Of a stretch of DNA of 54,061 nt, positions 53,630 through 54,061 are shown one piece after another. This DNA is from a virus. Its lineage: Duplodnaviria > Caudoviricetes. Position 1 is the first letter of the stretch. Every line of letters starts with the position of its first letter. The stretch covers positions 1-54,061 of the IMG/VR virus record IMGVR_UViG_3300043602_000277; one strand, given 5' to 3'. The notes below the pieces were generated by a model. That model was not told the DNA's origin. It saw nothing but the letters and a program-made list of their open reading frames with translations, and ran no database searches. The position numbers and the translations under genes are program-made.

Positions 53630-54061
53630 ATGCTCACCCTACAATTTTCCGGCAACGCCACCACAGGCCAAGTCAAAGAGATCACCCACGGCGGCAGGCG
53701 CTATCTGGTGTCACCCGTCGTCGCCCTGCGTGAGGGCATCCTCAACGATACCTACGTCAGCGCCGCCGAATTCGGCAAGTTCGCCTCATCCTGGCAGGGC
53801 CGCCCCGTTCCGATTGCACACCCCAAAGCCGATGGCCTGCCCACATCCGCCAACACGCCCGACATCTGGGCCAATGACGTGCTGGGCCATCTCTGGAATG
53901 TGGCCGTGGACGGCGGCGCGCTCAAAGGCGAAATCTGGATCACGTTTGAATGGACTATATCTGAGGGCATCGCTCCGCCCATTGTCCCACCAGCGACGGA
54001 CGTTGAGACAGGGCGTGTTACAGCACAAGCCGGCCTCAACGTTCGCCGTGGGCCGGATACG
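53630..54061 (+). CDS. N-terminus of a DUF2213-like head protease/scaffold gene, fused in frame to the lysin A C-terminus
   Basis: GGAG RBS; YLVSPVVALREGILN...WQGRPVPIAHP...LKGEIWI then TFEWTISEGIAPP...SH3b. Confidence 0.8.
   Translation, partial: MLTLQFSGNATTGQVKEITHGGRRYLVSPVVALREGILNDTYVSAAEFGKFASSWQGRPVPIAHPKADGLPTSANTPDIWANDVLGHLWNVAVDGGALKGEIWITFEWTISEGIAPPIVPPATDVETGRVTAQAGLNVRRGPDT
53935..54061. repeat. Terminal direct repeat, copy 2
   Basis: Identical to 1-127. Confidence 0.97.

Noticed and set aside
1-54061. Alternative genetic code or stop-codon reassignment
   Set aside because: All core genes are intact under the standard code and use all three stops.

Overview
Apparently complete, circularly closed temperate tailed-phage sequence (siphovirus-like, GC-rich). 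Bases 1-127 are identical to 53935-54061, giving a 53,934-bp circle. It has one full virion module (terminase, portal, scaffold, capsid, tail tube, -1 frameshift chaperone, tape measure, tail tip and fibres; 3.5-28.8 kb) and a moron region (trypsin-like protease, ParB-like protein, DUF262/GmrSD-like nuclease). It also has an early leftward operon, an HTH repressor, an att core equal to the 3' half of tRNA-Lys(CTT), a tyrosine integrase, and a replication gene with iterons. A SECOND, divergent lysis-packaging-head module (44.5-53.9 kb) repeats the gene order of 1-8.5 kb. It breaks off inside a DUF2213-like head gene that is fused in frame, across the circle junction, to the C-terminal SH3b-M23 half of the first lysin. 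The simplest reading is a hybrid of two related phages (for example tandem prophages at one tRNA site excised illegitimately), or an assembly chimera. Two candidate regulatory systems stand out. (i) A family of covarying structured leaders (hairpin, RBS-occluding hairpin, antisense promoter in the first codons) sits in front of 4-6 unrelated genes. (ii) A conserved ~67-aa protein gene is followed by a conserved antiterminator/terminator switch upstream of the head-assembly genes in both modules. All family assignments are from motif recognition by eye; no database searches were run.
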